Source of the DNA: Endomicrobiia bacterium
Lineage (GTDB): Bacteria; Elusimicrobiota; Endomicrobiia; DTEH01
DNA: 64,000 bases
NCBI GenBank assembly: GCA_039630545.1
Contig: JBCNUU010000002.1
Span: 159,994-223,993 of the forward strand
Reading direction: 5' to 3'
Positions 32,298 through 43,564 of the stretch are shown here, piece by piece (the stretch's first letter is position 1; each line of letters begins with the position of its first letter). A program made the translations under genes and the position numbers. The notes under the pieces are model-generated. The model ran no database searches. It saw nothing but the letters and a program-made list of their open reading frames with translations, and was not told where the DNA came from.

Positions 32298-32525
32298 ATG
32301 ATAAAACTGCATAAACTTAATGGACAAGAAATACTTATAAATCTGGATTTAATAGAAAGTATAGAATCCATCCCAGAAACAAAAATTATATTAACCACTG
32401 GTAATCAATATATAGTTAAAGAGTCTATTGATGATATTATAAAAAAAATTTCAGAATATAAAGCACAAATTGAGATAATAAAAGAAAATATAAATAAAAT
32501 TAAGTTTAAAATTGAAAACAAGTGA
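32298..32525 (+). CDS. FlbD/SwrD family small protein
   Basis: MIKLHKLNG...[28 protein letters not shown] matches the FlbD family pattern. Confidence 0.8.
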   Translation: MIKLHKLNGQEILINLDLIESIESIPETKIILTTGNQYIVKESIDDIIKKISEYKAQIEIIKENINKIKFKIENK

Positions 32526-32538
32526 GGTAAGAACTCCA

Positions 32539-34296
32539 ATGAAAGAAAAGAAAAAAAGAGGAAGAAAAAGAACAAAGCATCTTGAAAAATTAAATAAAAA
32601 ACCAGAATTGTTAAAACAACTACATAGTGAAGAAATTAAAAAAGGTGCAACTAGAGCCCCTCATCGCGCATTACTTTATGCTGTAGGATTATCCCATTCG
32701 GATTTACATAAACCATTTATAGGAATCGCTTCTGCTTTTAGTGATATAGTGCCAGGACACATTCATTTAAGAGAACTTGAAAGGTGGATAGAAAGAGGGA
32801 TAGCCGAAGCAGGTGGTGTTCCTTTTGTGTTTGGTGTTCCGGGGATATGTGATGGAATTTCCATGGGTCACAATGGTATGCATTATTCTTTACCTTCAAG
32901 AGAGATAATAGCAGATACTATTGAATCAATGGTTAAAGCGCATTGTTTTGATGGTTTAGTTTTGCTAGCTAGTTGTGATAAAATAGTTCCAGGTATGGTT
33001 ATGGGTGCTGTAAGAGTCAACACTAATGTTCCTACTATTGTGGTGACAGGTGGTCCCATGCTTGCAGGTTTTTATAAGGGTAAAAGAAGATCTCTTGTGA
33101 GAGATACTTTTGAAGCTGTGGGACTTTATCAATCAGGACAAATTACAGATGAAGAATTATTTATGCTTGAATGCAATGCTTGTCCTACAGCTGGTTCTTG
33201 TCAGGGACTTTACACAGCCAATACTATGGCTTGTTTGATGGAAGCTATGGGTTTTTCTTTACCTTATTGTGCAACAACTTTGGCTGTTTCTTCTGAGAAA
33301 AAAAGAATTGCATATGAGTCCGGCAAAAGAATAGTGCAGATGGTTTATGAAAATTTGACACCTTTTAGAATACTTAATTTTAATTCTCTTTATAATGCTA
33401 TAGTTGTAGACTTAGCATTAGGAGGTTCGACTAATACAGTTTTACATCTTAAAGCTATAGCATATGAGGGAGGTGTAGAATTAGATCTAAAAGTTTTTGA
33501 TGAAGTATCTAGGATGGTACCCAATATAGTGAAGTTAGAACCAGCTGGTGATCTTTATATGGAGGACCTGCATAAAGCTGGTGGAATTCCTGCTGTTTTA
33601 AATGTACTTCAGAAATTTTTGAAACCTAACATTACATGTAGTGGTAAAAACATAATGGAAATAGCACAAAGTGGCAAGGTTTTAGATGAAGAAGTAATAA
33701 GGTATAAAAAACCCTATTCTACAGAAGGTGGCATTGCAATACTTTATGGGAATTTAGCACCTGAGGGAGCTGTAGTTAAACAATCTGCAGTGGCTCCAGA
33801 GATGAGAAAATTTTCAGGTCCTGCTGTTGTGTTTGATTCTGAACAGGAAGCTATGAAGGCTATTTTAGGTGGAAAAATTAAAAAAGGAGATGTAATAGTA
33901 ATAAGATATGAAGGGCCAAAAGGAGGTCCAGGTATGCGTGAAATGTTAGGACCTACAAGTGTTCTGCAAGGTATGGGTTTGGCTAACAAGGTAGCTTTGA
34001 TTACAGATGGCAGATTTTCAGGAGGAACAAGAGGTCCATGTATAGGTCATGTTTCACCGGAAGCTGCAGCCGGAGGGCCTATAGGAGTGGTAAAAGATGG
34101 TGATATAATAGATATAGATATTCCTAATAGACAACTTAATATAAGATTAACTACTACTGAACTAAAAGCACGTTTAGCAAAACTTCAGGGAGAGTTAGAA
34201 GTTAGGCAAAAAAAATTCAAAACTGGTTGGCTTGCCAGATACTCTGAACTTGTAACTTCAGCATCAGAAGGTGCTGTTTTAAAACCTAAAAGATAA
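32539..34296 (+). CDS. ilvD: Dihydroxy-acid dehydratase
   Basis: [33 protein letters not shown] and GHVSPEAA. The ATG at 32539 follows SD GAGGT. Confidence 0.96.
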   Translation: MKEKKKRGRKRTKHLEKLNKKPELLKQLHSEEIKKGATRAPHRALLYAVGLSHSDLHKPFIGIASAFSDIVPGHIHLRELERWIERGIAEAGGVPFVFGVPGICDGISMGHNGMHYSLPSREIIADTIESMVKAHCFDGLVLLASCDKIVPGMVMGAVRVNTNVPTIVVTGGPMLAGFYKGKRRSLVRDTFEAVGLYQSGQITDEELFMLECNACPTAGSCQGLYTANTMACLMEAMGFSLPYCATTLAVSSEKKRIAYESGKRIVQMVYENLTPFRILNFNSLYNAIVVDLALGGSTNTVLHLKAIAYEGGVELDLKVFDEVSRMVPNIVKLEPAGDLYMEDLHKAGGIPAVLNVLQKFLKPNITCSGKNIMEIAQSGKVLDEEVIRYKKPYSTEGGIAILYGNLAPEGAVVKQSAVAPEMRKFSGPAVVFDSEQEAMKAILGGKIKKGDVIVIRYEGPKGGPGMREMLGPTSVLQGMGLANKVALITDGRFSGGTRGPCIGHVSPEAAAGGPIGVVKDGDIIDIDIPNRQLNIRLTTTELKARLAKLQGELEVRQKKFKTGWLARYSELVTSASEGAVLKPKR

Positions 34297-34369
34297 TTTT
34301 TTATAAGAATTTGTATTATGTTTTTAAAAATTTTCTGAATTTGGTTAATTTTATAAGGAGGAGTTACTA

Positions 34370-36103
34370 ATGGGGAGTAAAAAAAAACTAGATGAAGAAA
34401 AAACTGGTGCTGAGATTTTTTTAGAATCTTTAGAAAGAGAGGGTGTTGAGATTATATTTGGTATTCCTGGAGGGGTTGTTTTGCCTATATTTGACAAAAT
34501 TTATGATAGCAAAAAAATAAGGTTTATATTAACCCGTCACGAACAAGGTGCAGCTCACATGGCTGATGGATATGCAAGAGCTACAGGAAAAGTTGGTGTA
34601 TGTATTGCTACTTCTGGACCTGGTGCTACTAATCTTACCACAGGAATTGCTACTGCTTATATGGATTCGGTTCCTATAGTTGCTTTTACTGGACAGGTTG
34701 CTACTTATCTTATAGGAAATGATGCTTTCCAGGAGGCAGATACTACAGGAATAACTAGGCCTATTACTAAACATAACTATTTGTTAAAAGATGTAAAAGA
34801 CATGGCAAAAACTATTAAAGAAGCATTTTATATAGCTTCCACAGGAAGACCCGGTCCTGTTTTAATTGATATACCTGTAGATGTTCAAAGATCAAAAACA
34901 AAATTTGTATGGCCTTCTAAGATAGACATCCCTTCGTATAAACCTACTTATAAAGGTCATCCTTTACAGATTAAAAAACTTGCAGATGCAATAGGTTCAG
35001 CAAAGCAACCAGTTCTTTATGTAGGAGGTGGTGTGGTAATATCTGGTGCTTCTGAAGAACTTAAAGAACTTGCTGAAAGGTGTGAGATTCCAGTTACTAC
35101 CACTCTTATGGCTATAGGAAGTTTTCCTTGTGAGCATCAGTTATCTTTGGGAATGTTAGGTATGCATGGAACTGTATATGCAAATTTAGCAATGCAAAAT
35201 GCAGATTTAATAATAGCAGTAGGAGCTAGATTCGATGATAGATGCACTGGCAAACTTGCAGCATTCGCACCCAAAGCTAAGCATATAGCACACATAGATA
35301 TTGATCCCACAAGCATTTCAAAAAATATAGTAGCTGATATTCCTGTAGTAGGTGATTGCAAAATGGTTTTACAAGACCTATTGAAAATTATAAAACCTAA
35401 AAAACATCCTGAGTGGTTAAAACAAATAGAGGAATGGAAAAAGAAATATCCACTTTCCTATAAGAATGATGAGAAACTCCGGCCTCAATATATTGTTGAA
35501 GAAATCTCGAAATTAACTAAAGGAGAAGCTATTGTGGTTACAGAAGTGGGTCAGCATCAAATGTGGGCTGCACAGTTTTATAAGCCTAAAGGACCAAGAA
35601 AATTTTTGTCTTCAGGTGGATTGGGAACTATGGGTTATGGATTTCCTGCTGGAATTGGAGCAAAATTAGGGAAACCTGATGATACAGTAATAGTAATAGC
35701 AGGGGATGGTTCTTTTCAGATGAATATTCAAGAGTTAGCCACTGCTGTAGTGAATGAAGTAAATGTTATAGTTTGTATTATTAATAATGGATATTTAGGA
35801 ATGGTAAGACAGTGGCAAGAGTTATTTTACAATAAAAGATATTCTCAAACTTATTTATGTACCAGAAAATTAGGTAAATTTTATTGTGAAGTTGTTCCAG
35901 ATTTTATTGAGGTTGCTAAAGCATATAAAGCTGAGGGTTTTCGTGTTACTAAAAAAGAGGAAGTTGTTCCTGTTTTGAAGAAGGCTTTAGAAATAAAAAA
36001 TAAACCCGTAATCATAGATTTTTGGGTAGAGGAAGAGGAAAATGTTTTTCCGATGGTTCCAGCAGGTGCACCATTAGATGAAGTAATTACCGGTTTAGCA
36101 TAA
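34370..36103 (+). CDS. ilvB: Acetolactate synthase large subunit
   Basis: [34 protein letters not shown] and GMVRQWQ. Confidence 0.96.
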   Translation: MGSKKKLDEEKTGAEIFLESLEREGVEIIFGIPGGVVLPIFDKIYDSKKIRFILTRHEQGAAHMADGYARATGKVGVCIATSGPGATNLTTGIATAYMDSVPIVAFTGQVATYLIGNDAFQEADTTGITRPITKHNYLLKDVKDMAKTIKEAFYIASTGRPGPVLIDIPVDVQRSKTKFVWPSKIDIPSYKPTYKGHPLQIKKLADAIGSAKQPVLYVGGGVVISGASEELKELAERCEIPVTTTLMAIGSFPCEHQLSLGMLGMHGTVYANLAMQNADLIIAVGARFDDRCTGKLAAFAPKAKHIAHIDIDPTSISKNIVADIPVVGDCKMVLQDLLKIIKPKKHPEWLKQIEEWKKKYPLSYKNDEKLRPQYIVEEISKLTKGEAIVVTEVGQHQMWAAQFYKPKGPRKFLSSGGLGTMGYGFPAGIGAKLGKPDDTVIVIAGDGSFQMNIQELATAVVNEVNVIVCIINNGYLGMVRQWQELFYNKRYSQTYLCTRKLGKFYCEVVPDFIEVAKAYKAEGFRVTKKEEVVPVLKKALEIKNKPVIIDFWVEEEENVFPMVPAGAPLDEVITGLA

Positions 36104-36134
36104 ATTTAAATTTTTAAAATATTTGGAGAAAAAT

Positions 36135-36620
36135 ATGACAGAAATAAAAAGACATACAATTTCTGCTTTAGTTTACAATAAACCAGGAGTATTAGCTAGA
36201 ATTGCTACGCTTTTTGCAGCTAGAGGTTACAATATAGATTCTTTAGCAGTAGGAGAAACAGAAAATCCTGAAATATCTAGGATGACCATAGTAGTTCGTG
36301 GCGATGAAAAAATTTTGGAACAGGTAGAAAAACAATTAAATAAACTTATTGATGTTATAAAAGTTTATGAATTTTCAAAAGTACCACATGTAGAAAGAGA
36401 TCTTGCTTTGATAAAAGTGAACGCTACTAATAAAACACGAGCTGAAATAATAGAAATAGCAGAAATATTTCGTGCAAAGATTGTAGATGTTTCTCATAAA
36501 ACATTAGTGTTGGAGATCACCGGTGATGAAGAGAAAATTGCTGCATTCACGGAGTTAGTTAAGCCATATGGTATAAAGGAACTAGTTAGGACTGGGATAA
36601 TAGCCATTGCTAGGGGATAA
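36135..36620 (+). CDS. ilvN: Acetolactate synthase small subunit
   Basis: [22 protein letters not shown] domain and ELVRTG. The ATG at 36135 follows GGAG. Confidence 0.95.
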   Translation: MTEIKRHTISALVYNKPGVLARIATLFAARGYNIDSLAVGETENPEISRMTIVVRGDEKILEQVEKQLNKLIDVIKVYEFSKVPHVERDLALIKVNATNKTRAEIIEIAEIFRAKIVDVSHKTLVLEITGDEEKIAAFTELVKPYGIKELVRTGIIAIARG

Positions 36621-36628
36621 GTTTTTGT

Positions 36629-37465
36629 ATGAGAATAATTGAGAAAGATGAGTTTTATTTCAATGTAAAAAACTTACTTATTCAAACACATTATTTTCTT
36701 CCGGAAGATTTAATTTTAGCTATAAAGGAAGCCATAAAAATAGAAGAAGGACTGGCAAGAGATGCTTTGCTTAAAATTTTAGAAAATGCGGAAACTTCAT
36801 CTCTTACGAAGTTACCTCTTTGCCAAGATACTGGCATTCCTCAATTTTTTTTAAATGTGGGTAAGGGTATTTGTTTTGATTTCAATTTGAAAGAAATTTT
36901 AGAGAAAATAACATTAGAGGTATATGAGGAAGAGAAATTAAGAAAATCATGTGTAGAGGATCCGTTGTTTAGAAAACAAAATTTTAACTTTCCTACAATA
37001 TTTGTAGAATATGATTCAGGTAAAGAAGAAAAATGTGAGGTTTCAGTTTTAATTCGTGGAGGTGGTTCTGAAAATATGACAAGTTTTAGTTTGTTTTTAC
37101 CATCGGCAAATTTTCAAGAAGTTGTAAAATATATAATAAATGAAGTAAAAAACTTACTGAAATTTACATGTCCTCCTGTTGTAGTGGGTGTTGGAATAGG
37201 AGGAACTGTAGAAACAAGTATGTACGCTGCCAAAAAGTCTCTTTTAAGAAAAATAGGAGAGAGGAACAAAAATGAATTTTATTCTGAAACTGAAGTGTTT
37301 CTTAAGCAACAACTTAACCTATCAAATATAGGGCCTCTTGGTTTAGGTGGCAAAACTACAGTGTTAGATGTTTTCATAGAAATTTTACCTACTCATATCG
37401 CAACTTTGCCTGTGAGTGTTACTTTACAATGTCATTCATACAGAAGAAGAAGTATAGAAATATAG
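36629..37465 (+). CDS. Fe-S hydro-lyase (fumarate/tartrate) alpha subunit
   Basis: PLCQDTG, GGGSEN, CPPVVVGVGIGG and GPLGLGG. Confidence 0.9.
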   Translation: MRIIEKDEFYFNVKNLLIQTHYFLPEDLILAIKEAIKIEEGLARDALLKILENAETSSLTKLPLCQDTGIPQFFLNVGKGICFDFNLKEILEKITLEVYEEEKLRKSCVEDPLFRKQNFNFPTIFVEYDSGKEEKCEVSVLIRGGGSENMTSFSLFLPSANFQEVVKYIINEVKNLLKFTCPPVVVGVGIGGTVETSMYAAKKSLLRKIGERNKNEFYSETEVFLKQQLNLSNIGPLGLGGKTTVLDVFIEILPTHIATLPVSVTLQCHSYRRRSIEI

Positions 37466-37472
37466 AAAAAAT

Positions 37473-38021
37473 ATGAAATGTTTTAATTCTTTAGACATAA
37501 ACAGTTATAAAATATTTGTTCCAATAAAAGATCTAGATGTACTTTTCTCTTTAAAAGTAAAAAATAAAGTGGTTATTAATGGAGAAATTTTAGTATTCAG
37601 AGATCAGGTTCATAAAAAAATTGCCTCAGGAGACATGGATGGAATATCCAAAGATGAATTTTTAAATTCAGCAGTTTATTATTGTGCAGCTACTGAGCCT
37701 AAGAGTAATTTTGTTGTGGGTTCATGTGGGCCTACTTCTTCTTATAGAATGGATAAATATACAGAATCTATATTATCCTTAGGGGTAAAAATAATGATAG
37801 GTAAAGGTTACAGAAACGCCGATGTTGTTGAGCTCTGTAAGAAATATTCAGCAGTTTATTTAATCACATATGGAGGATGTGGCGCTCTTATAAGTAAATG
37901 GGTGAAAGAAGCAAAAATAATAGGATTTTCTGAGTTAGGAGTAGAAGCCATGTACAAATATAAAGTGGAAAATTTTGAAGCAATAGTAGCTATTGATGCG
38001 TATGGAAATACTTTATGGTGA
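37473..38021 (+). CDS. Fe-S hydro-lyase (fumarate/tartrate) beta subunit
   Basis: RDQVHK, GPTSSYRMD, IGKG and ELGVEA. Confidence 0.9.
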   Translation: MKCFNSLDINSYKIFVPIKDLDVLFSLKVKNKVVINGEILVFRDQVHKKIASGDMDGISKDEFLNSAVYYCAATEPKSNFVVGSCGPTSSYRMDKYTESILSLGVKIMIGKGYRNADVVELCKKYSAVYLITYGGCGALISKWVKEAKIIGFSELGVEAMYKYKVENFEAIVAIDAYGNTLW

Positions 38022-38082
38022 TTATTTTTATCCTTTAAGATTGTTGACAAAATATTAAAAAATAAATATATAAGATTTAAGG

Positions 38083-39033
38083 ATGAAACTGTTAAAAAAT
38101 TTAAAAAAGATTCTTTTTCAACCTATTACTTGCATGTTTGTTTTTCATTCTCCCAAAGGTCCCATTAAAAAAAATTTTTCTTTATTTTTTTTGATTTTTA
38201 TTTTATTTATCTGGACAATTTTTACAGGTATTTCTGTCTATTTTTCTACTAAACATATAGATTATTGGTCTGCAAAAATCAAATGTTTGGTATTAGGCTC
38301 AAAGTATGAATATTTAAATAAAGAACTTTCAAAAACTTGGGAACTTTTAGCAAGAGTTGAAGAAAAAGAACGGTTGCTACGAAAGATGTTAGATATGAAG
38401 ACAAAAAAGAATATAATATTAGGAATTTCAGAAGAAGAACTTGGAAAAGGTGGTCCTTTTTTTAATCAATCTAAGTTTTTACAGCAAATTTCTAACTCAC
38501 CGCAAGATGTTTCTTTGGTTGATTATAAGGAACATTTTGATTTAATTAAGAGATCCATAGAAGAAATTACAAAAAATTGCGATGAAATTATTGATTATAT
38601 AAAATATCAGAAATCTTTATATAAAGCTACTCCTCTTATATGGCCTTGTAATGGTAATGTTGTTTCACCTTTTGGAAGAAGAATTCATCCAATTTACAAA
38701 ATAGAACATTTTCATACAGGAATAGACATATCTAATCAAAAGGGGACTCCAATAGTGGCTACTGCAGATGGTGTAGTAAAATTTGCTGGCTGGCAAGAAG
38801 GATATGGAAAAGTAGTTGTACTGCAACATAATCATGGTTATCTTACTATATATGGTCATTTATCTTCTATAAAAGTTAAAGTAGGACAGAAAGTGACAAG
38901 AGGTGATGTATTAGGATTAATGGGTGAGACAGGAACAGCCACTGGTCCTCATCTTCATTATGAGATCTGGAAAGATAATAAACTTTGTAATCCAGTAAAA
39001 TTTTTAGTGCCGGATAATTTTTTTAAAAGTTAA
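38083..39033 (+). CDS. M23 family peptidase
   Basis: HTGID, YGHL and GPHLHYE zinc motifs; N-terminal TM plus coiled coil. Confidence 0.92.
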   Translation: MKLLKNLKKILFQPITCMFVFHSPKGPIKKNFSLFFLIFILFIWTIFTGISVYFSTKHIDYWSAKIKCLVLGSKYEYLNKELSKTWELLARVEEKERLLRKMLDMKTKKNIILGISEEELGKGGPFFNQSKFLQQISNSPQDVSLVDYKEHFDLIKRSIEEITKNCDEIIDYIKYQKSLYKATPLIWPCNGNVVSPFGRRIHPIYKIEHFHTGIDISNQKGTPIVATADGVVKFAGWQEGYGKVVVLQHNHGYLTIYGHLSSIKVKVGQKVTRGDVLGLMGETGTATGPHLHYEIWKDNKLCNPVKFLVPDNFFKS

Positions 39034-39065
39034 GTTAAATAAAACAAAAAATCGAGGAGATAATT

Positions 39066-39473
39066 ATGTTTGCTAAAAAAACTACAAGTGTGCCTAAAGA
39101 AATAGAAACTATAATTGGGGAAGGAACAATTTTTCAGGGTAGCATAAAAAGCAAAGGTTCAATAAGAGTAGATGGAAGGTTGGAAGGCAATATAATAGAA
39201 GCATCTCAGGTAATAGTAGGTTCTAAGGGAGTAGTTCAAGGAGATATTACAGCTCATTCTGTAATTATTGGTGGAAAAGTTAATGGTAACATTACAGCAA
39301 TAGAAAGTATTGAAATACAACCCGGTGCACAACTTTTAGGAGATATTCATACATCTACTTTGGCTATTGGTGAGGGAGCAATTTTTGAGGGACATTGTGT
39401 AATGTCTTCTGAAAAGACAAAAGTAATAGAATTAGATAAAGAAATTCCACAAATTACTCAAAGAAAAATATAA
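39066..39473 (+). CDS. Bactofilin (polymer-forming cytoskeletal protein)
   Basis: TIIGEGT.F.G.I...G.IRVDG.LEG beta-helix repeats; adjacent to the M23 gene. Confidence 0.92.
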   Translation: MFAKKTTSVPKEIETIIGEGTIFQGSIKSKGSIRVDGRLEGNIIEASQVIVGSKGVVQGDITAHSVIIGGKVNGNITAIESIEIQPGAQLLGDIHTSTLAIGEGAIFEGHCVMSSEKTKVIELDKEIPQITQRKI

Positions 39474-39478
39474 AAATT

Positions 39479-40408
39479 TTATTTTAAAATTAGAAGAACT
39501 ATTTCTAATATTTCAGATAAATAGGGTAATAAAAAAAGAACAATAGCTGTCCCCCAAAAAATCTCACCTAATGTAAAAGAAGTTTTTATATTCATTTTTT
39601 CCAGTATAAGATAATTTATAATTGCTGATGGTAATATAGATGTTAAAATAACACTCTTAAACAATCTACAATCTAAGGTATAAATGGAGTTTATTATATA
39701 TAATAAAGCAATTCCAGATATGAATATAATTATTACTTTTAGTAAATTAATAAAAATGTGAAGTCGGATATTACTTATCAGATCATTCCATTTTAAAGAA
39801 TATCCTATATAACATAGCATTAGAGGTGAAATAAATGGTGAAAAACTTAGGTGTATTTCTTCCATAAGTTTGGGTATTTTTATAGAAGTTTTATTTAAAA
39901 GAAAAGCTATCAAAAACACATAGATAATTAAATAAAATTTTAGATCTAATATATTAAATTTTTTCTTGATTATGTATATACCGAAGGTAAATTTAAAAAC
40001 AGTAACAATAACAGAGTAAATTATAGTATAATATGTTGCTTCTGAAGATACAAAATACTCAGTTACAGGTATTCCTAGATATAATGTATTCATAAATGTT
40101 AGGGGGAAAAAAACTTCTTTAAAAGAAAAATCATAATTTTTTGTTATATAATTAGTAAGACAGTAGGAAGTTAAAACTACAATAGCAAACACAGGTAAAA
40201 TGGATATTAGTGCTTCTTTTTTTAATCCATACTTCCATAAATTTACACCGGTAAAATAAGGTACTATTCCGAAAATAATAAAGTTAATTGCGTAATTTAT
40301 AAAATGATTTATATATTTTGTCTTCAATTTTGCCAAAATAAGCTTTATTATAATACCCACAAATATCCAGAAAAAAATTTTAAGTGATGAAAATATAAAT
40401 TTTTCCAT
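39479..40408 (-). CDS. AEC (auxin efflux carrier)-family membrane transporter
   Basis: About 10 TM helices with FMNTLYLGIP and LPSAI motifs; the only clear minus-strand gene. Confidence 0.7.
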   Translation of the reverse strand: MEKFIFSSLKIFFWIFVGIIIKLILAKLKTKYINHFINYAINFIIFGIVPYFTGVNLWKYGLKKEALISILPVFAIVVLTSYCLTNYITKNYDFSFKEVFFPLTFMNTLYLGIPVTEYFVSSEATYYTIIYSVIVTVFKFTFGIYIIKKKFNILDLKFYLIIYVFLIAFLLNKTSIKIPKLMEEIHLSFSPFISPLMLCYIGYSLKWNDLISNIRLHIFINLLKVIIIFISGIALLYIINSIYTLDCRLFKSVILTSILPSAIINYLILEKMNIKTSFTLGEIFWGTAIVLFLLPYLSEILEIVLLILK

Positions 40409-40462
40409 AAAATATATTGATTTAAATATAAATTTTTAGTATAAAAATCAACCTTAACTACT

Positions 40463-41071
40463 ATGGAAATAAAAATTTCTGCTAACAGAATGAATTTATT
40501 GAAACTTCGTAAGAAACTAAGACTTGCTCTTCGAGGTCATAAGTTACTTAAAGATAAACAAGAACAACTCACTAAAGAATTTAACAGCTTAATATTTAGA
40601 CTTTTAAATTTGAGACATCTTATGGAGGAGCACCTTAAAGAGTTATATGAATATATAAAAGTAGTCTTGAAATATAAAAATTCTTATGAATTAACACAAT
40701 TTTTTGAACATGTATTTGCATTTGGCAATTTTTGTTTAGAAGAAAAATTTTTAAATAAATATAATATAGAATTTAAAAACTATGAAATTAAAGAGCAAAA
40801 TTTTGATGTCTTATCAAGTTCTGATTTTTATCTCAATTATATTGTAAAAAAATTAAGACAACTTTATAATATTATAATAGAAACAAGTAATTTAGAAGTG
40901 TTATGTGAGTATATAGCTAAAGTGCTTCAAACTACAAGGAGGCGTGTAAATGCTTTAGAGTATATTTTAATTCCTCAAATTAAACAAAAAATAAATTTTA
41001 TATCAAATAAACTTAATGAATTTGAAAGAACAAATATATCACAGTTAATGCGTATAAAACAGTTAATGTAA
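40463..41071 (+). CDS. V/A-type ATP synthase subunit D
   Basis: NRMNLLKL...[10 protein letters not shown] and [15 protein letters not shown]. Confidence 0.9.
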   Translation: MEIKISANRMNLLKLRKKLRLALRGHKLLKDKQEQLTKEFNSLIFRLLNLRHLMEEHLKELYEYIKVVLKYKNSYELTQFFEHVFAFGNFCLEEKFLNKYNIEFKNYEIKEQNFDVLSSSDFYLNYIVKKLRQLYNIIIETSNLEVLCEYIAKVLQTTRRRVNALEYILIPQIKQKINFISNKLNEFERTNISQLMRIKQLM

Positions 41072-41079
41072 AAGATATT

Positions 41080-41796
41080 ATGTTTAAAAAAATAAAAGAA
41101 GACATAGAAACCGTTTTTAAAAAAGATCCTGCAGCAAAAAGTGTATTGGAAGTGTTGCTTTGTTATCCGGGTTTACATGCAGTGTGGCTTCATAGAATTG
41201 CCCATTGGTTTTATAAGAAGAAAATGTATTTAATAGCACGGATTATCTCTCATATAAACAGATTCTTTACAGGAATAGAGATCCATCCGGGAGCGAAAAT
41301 AGGCAGAAGGGTTTTTATTGATCATGGTATGGGAGTAGTGATAGGAGAAACAGCAGAAATAGGTGATGATGTTTTAATGTATCAGGGAGTCGTATTAGGC
41401 GGTGTGTCTTTTTCTAAAGGAAAACGACATCCCACAGTGGGAAATAATGTAATAATAGGTGCTGGTGCAATATTGTTGGGTAATATAAAAATTGGAGATA
41501 ATGCCAGAATAGGTGCAGGTTCTGTAGTTGTAAAAGATGTGCCTAATGGAGCAACTGTGGTAGGTGTGCCTGGAAGAATAAGTCTTGGATTTACTTTAGA
41601 ACAGATACATCTTTTAGAACATAATAAACTGCCAGATCCTATAGCAGAAGGTTTTGAGTTTATAATAAAGGAAATTAACAGATTAGAAGAAAGAGTAAAA
41701 AAAATAGAAACACTTGAAGGAATAGCTACTCAAATAGATGAATATTTTGAAAAAAAGAAAAAAGAAATAGAAGAAATTTTTAAAGATAAAACTTGA
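41080..41796 (+). CDS. cysE: Serine O-acetyltransferase
   Basis: [39 protein letters not shown] and KRHPT. Confidence 0.96.
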   Translation: MFKKIKEDIETVFKKDPAAKSVLEVLLCYPGLHAVWLHRIAHWFYKKKMYLIARIISHINRFFTGIEIHPGAKIGRRVFIDHGMGVVIGETAEIGDDVLMYQGVVLGGVSFSKGKRHPTVGNNVIIGAGAILLGNIKIGDNARIGAGSVVVKDVPNGATVVGVPGRISLGFTLEQIHLLEHNKLPDPIAEGFEFIIKEINRLEERVKKIETLEGIATQIDEYFEKKKKEIEEIFKDKT

Positions 41797-41827
41797 AAAA
41801 AATAAATATATTTTTATATAAAAATTA

Positions 41828-42073
41828 ATGAAATCCTCTAAAACTACATATCTAAAAGAAAAAACAAAAAAACCACAAAGATACTTTTTACCCGAACAAG
41901 AAATAAGCCAAACAGGTAAAAAAATAATAATTTTTAGTGTAATATTGCTTACATGCGGTTTTATTTTATTAAAATTTACTAATCCAGAAGGAAATAATTG
42001 GGCAAGTGTACTATCTCCCTTTATAATAATTATTTCTTATATTCTTATAGGTATGGGAATAATGGCAAAGTAA
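41828..42073 (+). CDS. Small two-TM membrane protein of unknown function
   Basis: 81 aa with two hydrophobic helices joined by NPEGNNWAS; promoter-like sequence upstream. Confidence 0.65.
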   Translation: MKSSKTTYLKEKTKKPQRYFLPEQEISQTGKKIIIFSVILLTCGFILLKFTNPEGNNWASVLSPFIIIISYILIGMGIMAK

Positions 42074-42106
42074 AAATAAGAAAAATAAAACTATAGGAGT
42101 AAAATT

Positions 42107-42499
42107 ATGAATTTAGTAATTTTTTCTGGTAATTTAGCAAAAGATGCAAAAGTAGTAAGTACTTCTACAGGGAAACAGTTCTGTGTTACCACATTGGCAC
42201 TAAGGGAAGATCTAAGACCCGATAATAAACCGGCTGTTTTTGTAGATATTATTATCTGGGGTGAGAGAGCTACGAAGTTAGTAAAATATCTTACTAAAGG
42301 TAAAGCAATATCTGTTACTGGCAGATTAGAAATTGTAAAGACACAAAAAAGCAATTATACATATGTATCTCCGAGAGTTGTAGTGGAAACTTTAGAATTT
42401 TTAGGGAAAAAATCAATAGAAACAATCACAGCTGAAGAAAATAAAACAGCAGAAGTGTCTACCGGAGATAATATTCCTGAAGAAGAAGTTCCTTTTTAA
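42107..42499 (+). CDS. ssb: Single-stranded DNA-binding protein
   Basis: MN.VI.SGNL.KD, YLTKGK.ISV.GRL and acidic tail EEEVPF. Confidence 0.92.
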   Translation: MNLVIFSGNLAKDAKVVSTSTGKQFCVTTLALREDLRPDNKPAVFVDIIIWGERATKLVKYLTKGKAISVTGRLEIVKTQKSNYTYVSPRVVVETLEFLGKKSIETITAEENKTAEVSTGDNIPEEEVPF

Positions 42500-42523
42500 A
42501 TAAATTTTAGGGGGTATAATTTT

Positions 42524-43153
42524 ATGAAGAAGCAATTTATTATAATAATATTTTTAGTATTTATTGTGTATTCATGTGGACCCAAAAAGGTACCAGATGT
42601 AAGAAAAGAAGTTGCTTCTGATTATGAAGAAGCTACACCATTTGTTCAGCTTCCTGAGGAAGTAACAGGTGAGATAATTACAGGGATTGGTTTTTCAGAA
42701 AAAAAAGCAAATTTATCATTAGCAAGAGAAGCAGCAATTACTTCAGCTATAGCTGACCTTGCAAGAAAAGTAGAAACTAAAGTTGAAGCTGTATGGAAAC
42801 GAACAATGGCTGATTGGTCTGAGTATAAATTAGAAGAAGTAAATGAAGCAATGTCTATTGAAGAGATGAAAAGTATGGTTAAGAATATTATAGATACTGA
42901 ACTTAGAGGTCCATGGTTAATTCAGGAAAAGATTCAAAAGTCTACAGGAAGATATTGGGTAAGGATTTTGCTTTCTGGAGCTACTGTTGAGAAGTGGTTA
43001 AAACAAAGACTAAACACTGAGAGTTTACTTAAAAAATATATAATTGAATCCCAAATTAAAAAAGTTCAAGAAGATCTTCAAAAAGATCTTGATGCTTTAA
43101 AAGAAAAAGAATTAAAAGAAATTGAAAAAATTAAAAATATTACTACTAAATAA
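42524..43153 (+). CDS. Lipoprotein, LPP20-like
   Basis: Lipobox VYSC; G.G......LAREAAITSAIADLARKV pattern. Confidence 0.6.
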   Translation: MKKQFIIIIFLVFIVYSCGPKKVPDVRKEVASDYEEATPFVQLPEEVTGEIITGIGFSEKKANLSLAREAAITSAIADLARKVETKVEAVWKRTMADWSEYKLEEVNEAMSIEEMKSMVKNIIDTELRGPWLIQEKIQKSTGRYWVRILLSGATVEKWLKQRLNTESLLKKYIIESQIKKVQEDLQKDLDALKEKELKEIEKIKNITTK

Positions 43154-43171
43154 TTTCAAAGGAGTTTTTTT

Positions 43172-43537
43172 ATGAAAATTTTAATAATAGATGACGATAC
43201 AGAAATTTTAGATTTGCTAAATACTTTTTTTTCTTCGTTAGGACATCAAGTTACAACAACTACTAATTCAATAGACGGTTTAAAATACGTTGCTAAGGAA
43301 ATTTATGATTTAGTAATGCTAGATATAAAACTTCCAGAAAAAGATGGGATAGAGGTATTAAAAGAAATTAAAAAAATAGATGCTAATTTACCTGTGGTGA
43401 TGGTTACAGGTTATAAAGAAGCAGAAAAAGTAATAGAAGCTTTTAGACATGGTGCTTTGGATTGTTTACTTAAGCCATTTAATTTTGATTATATTAAAAA
43501 TAATATATTAACCCAAATAGTGGAAAGAAAAAAATAA
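43172..43537 (+). CDS. Stand-alone response regulator receiver domain
   Basis: ILIIDDD, LDIKLPEKDG, VMVTG and KPF. Confidence 0.92.
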   Translation: MKILIIDDDTEILDLLNTFFSSLGHQVTTTTNSIDGLKYVAKEIYDLVMLDIKLPEKDGIEVLKEIKKIDANLPVVMVTGYKEAEKVIEAFRHGALDCLLKPFNFDYIKNNILTQIVERKK

Positions 43538-43564
43538 TTTTTAAATTAGTTGAGATTTTATTAA

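Noticed and set aside
32539..36620. Higher GC in ilvD-ilvB-ilvN as a sign of horizontal transfer
   Set aside because: Explained by Gly/Ala-rich conserved proteins; third codon positions remain AT-rich.
38083..39473. M23 peptidase plus bactofilin pair as a novel system
   Set aside because: A well-known conserved cell-shape module.
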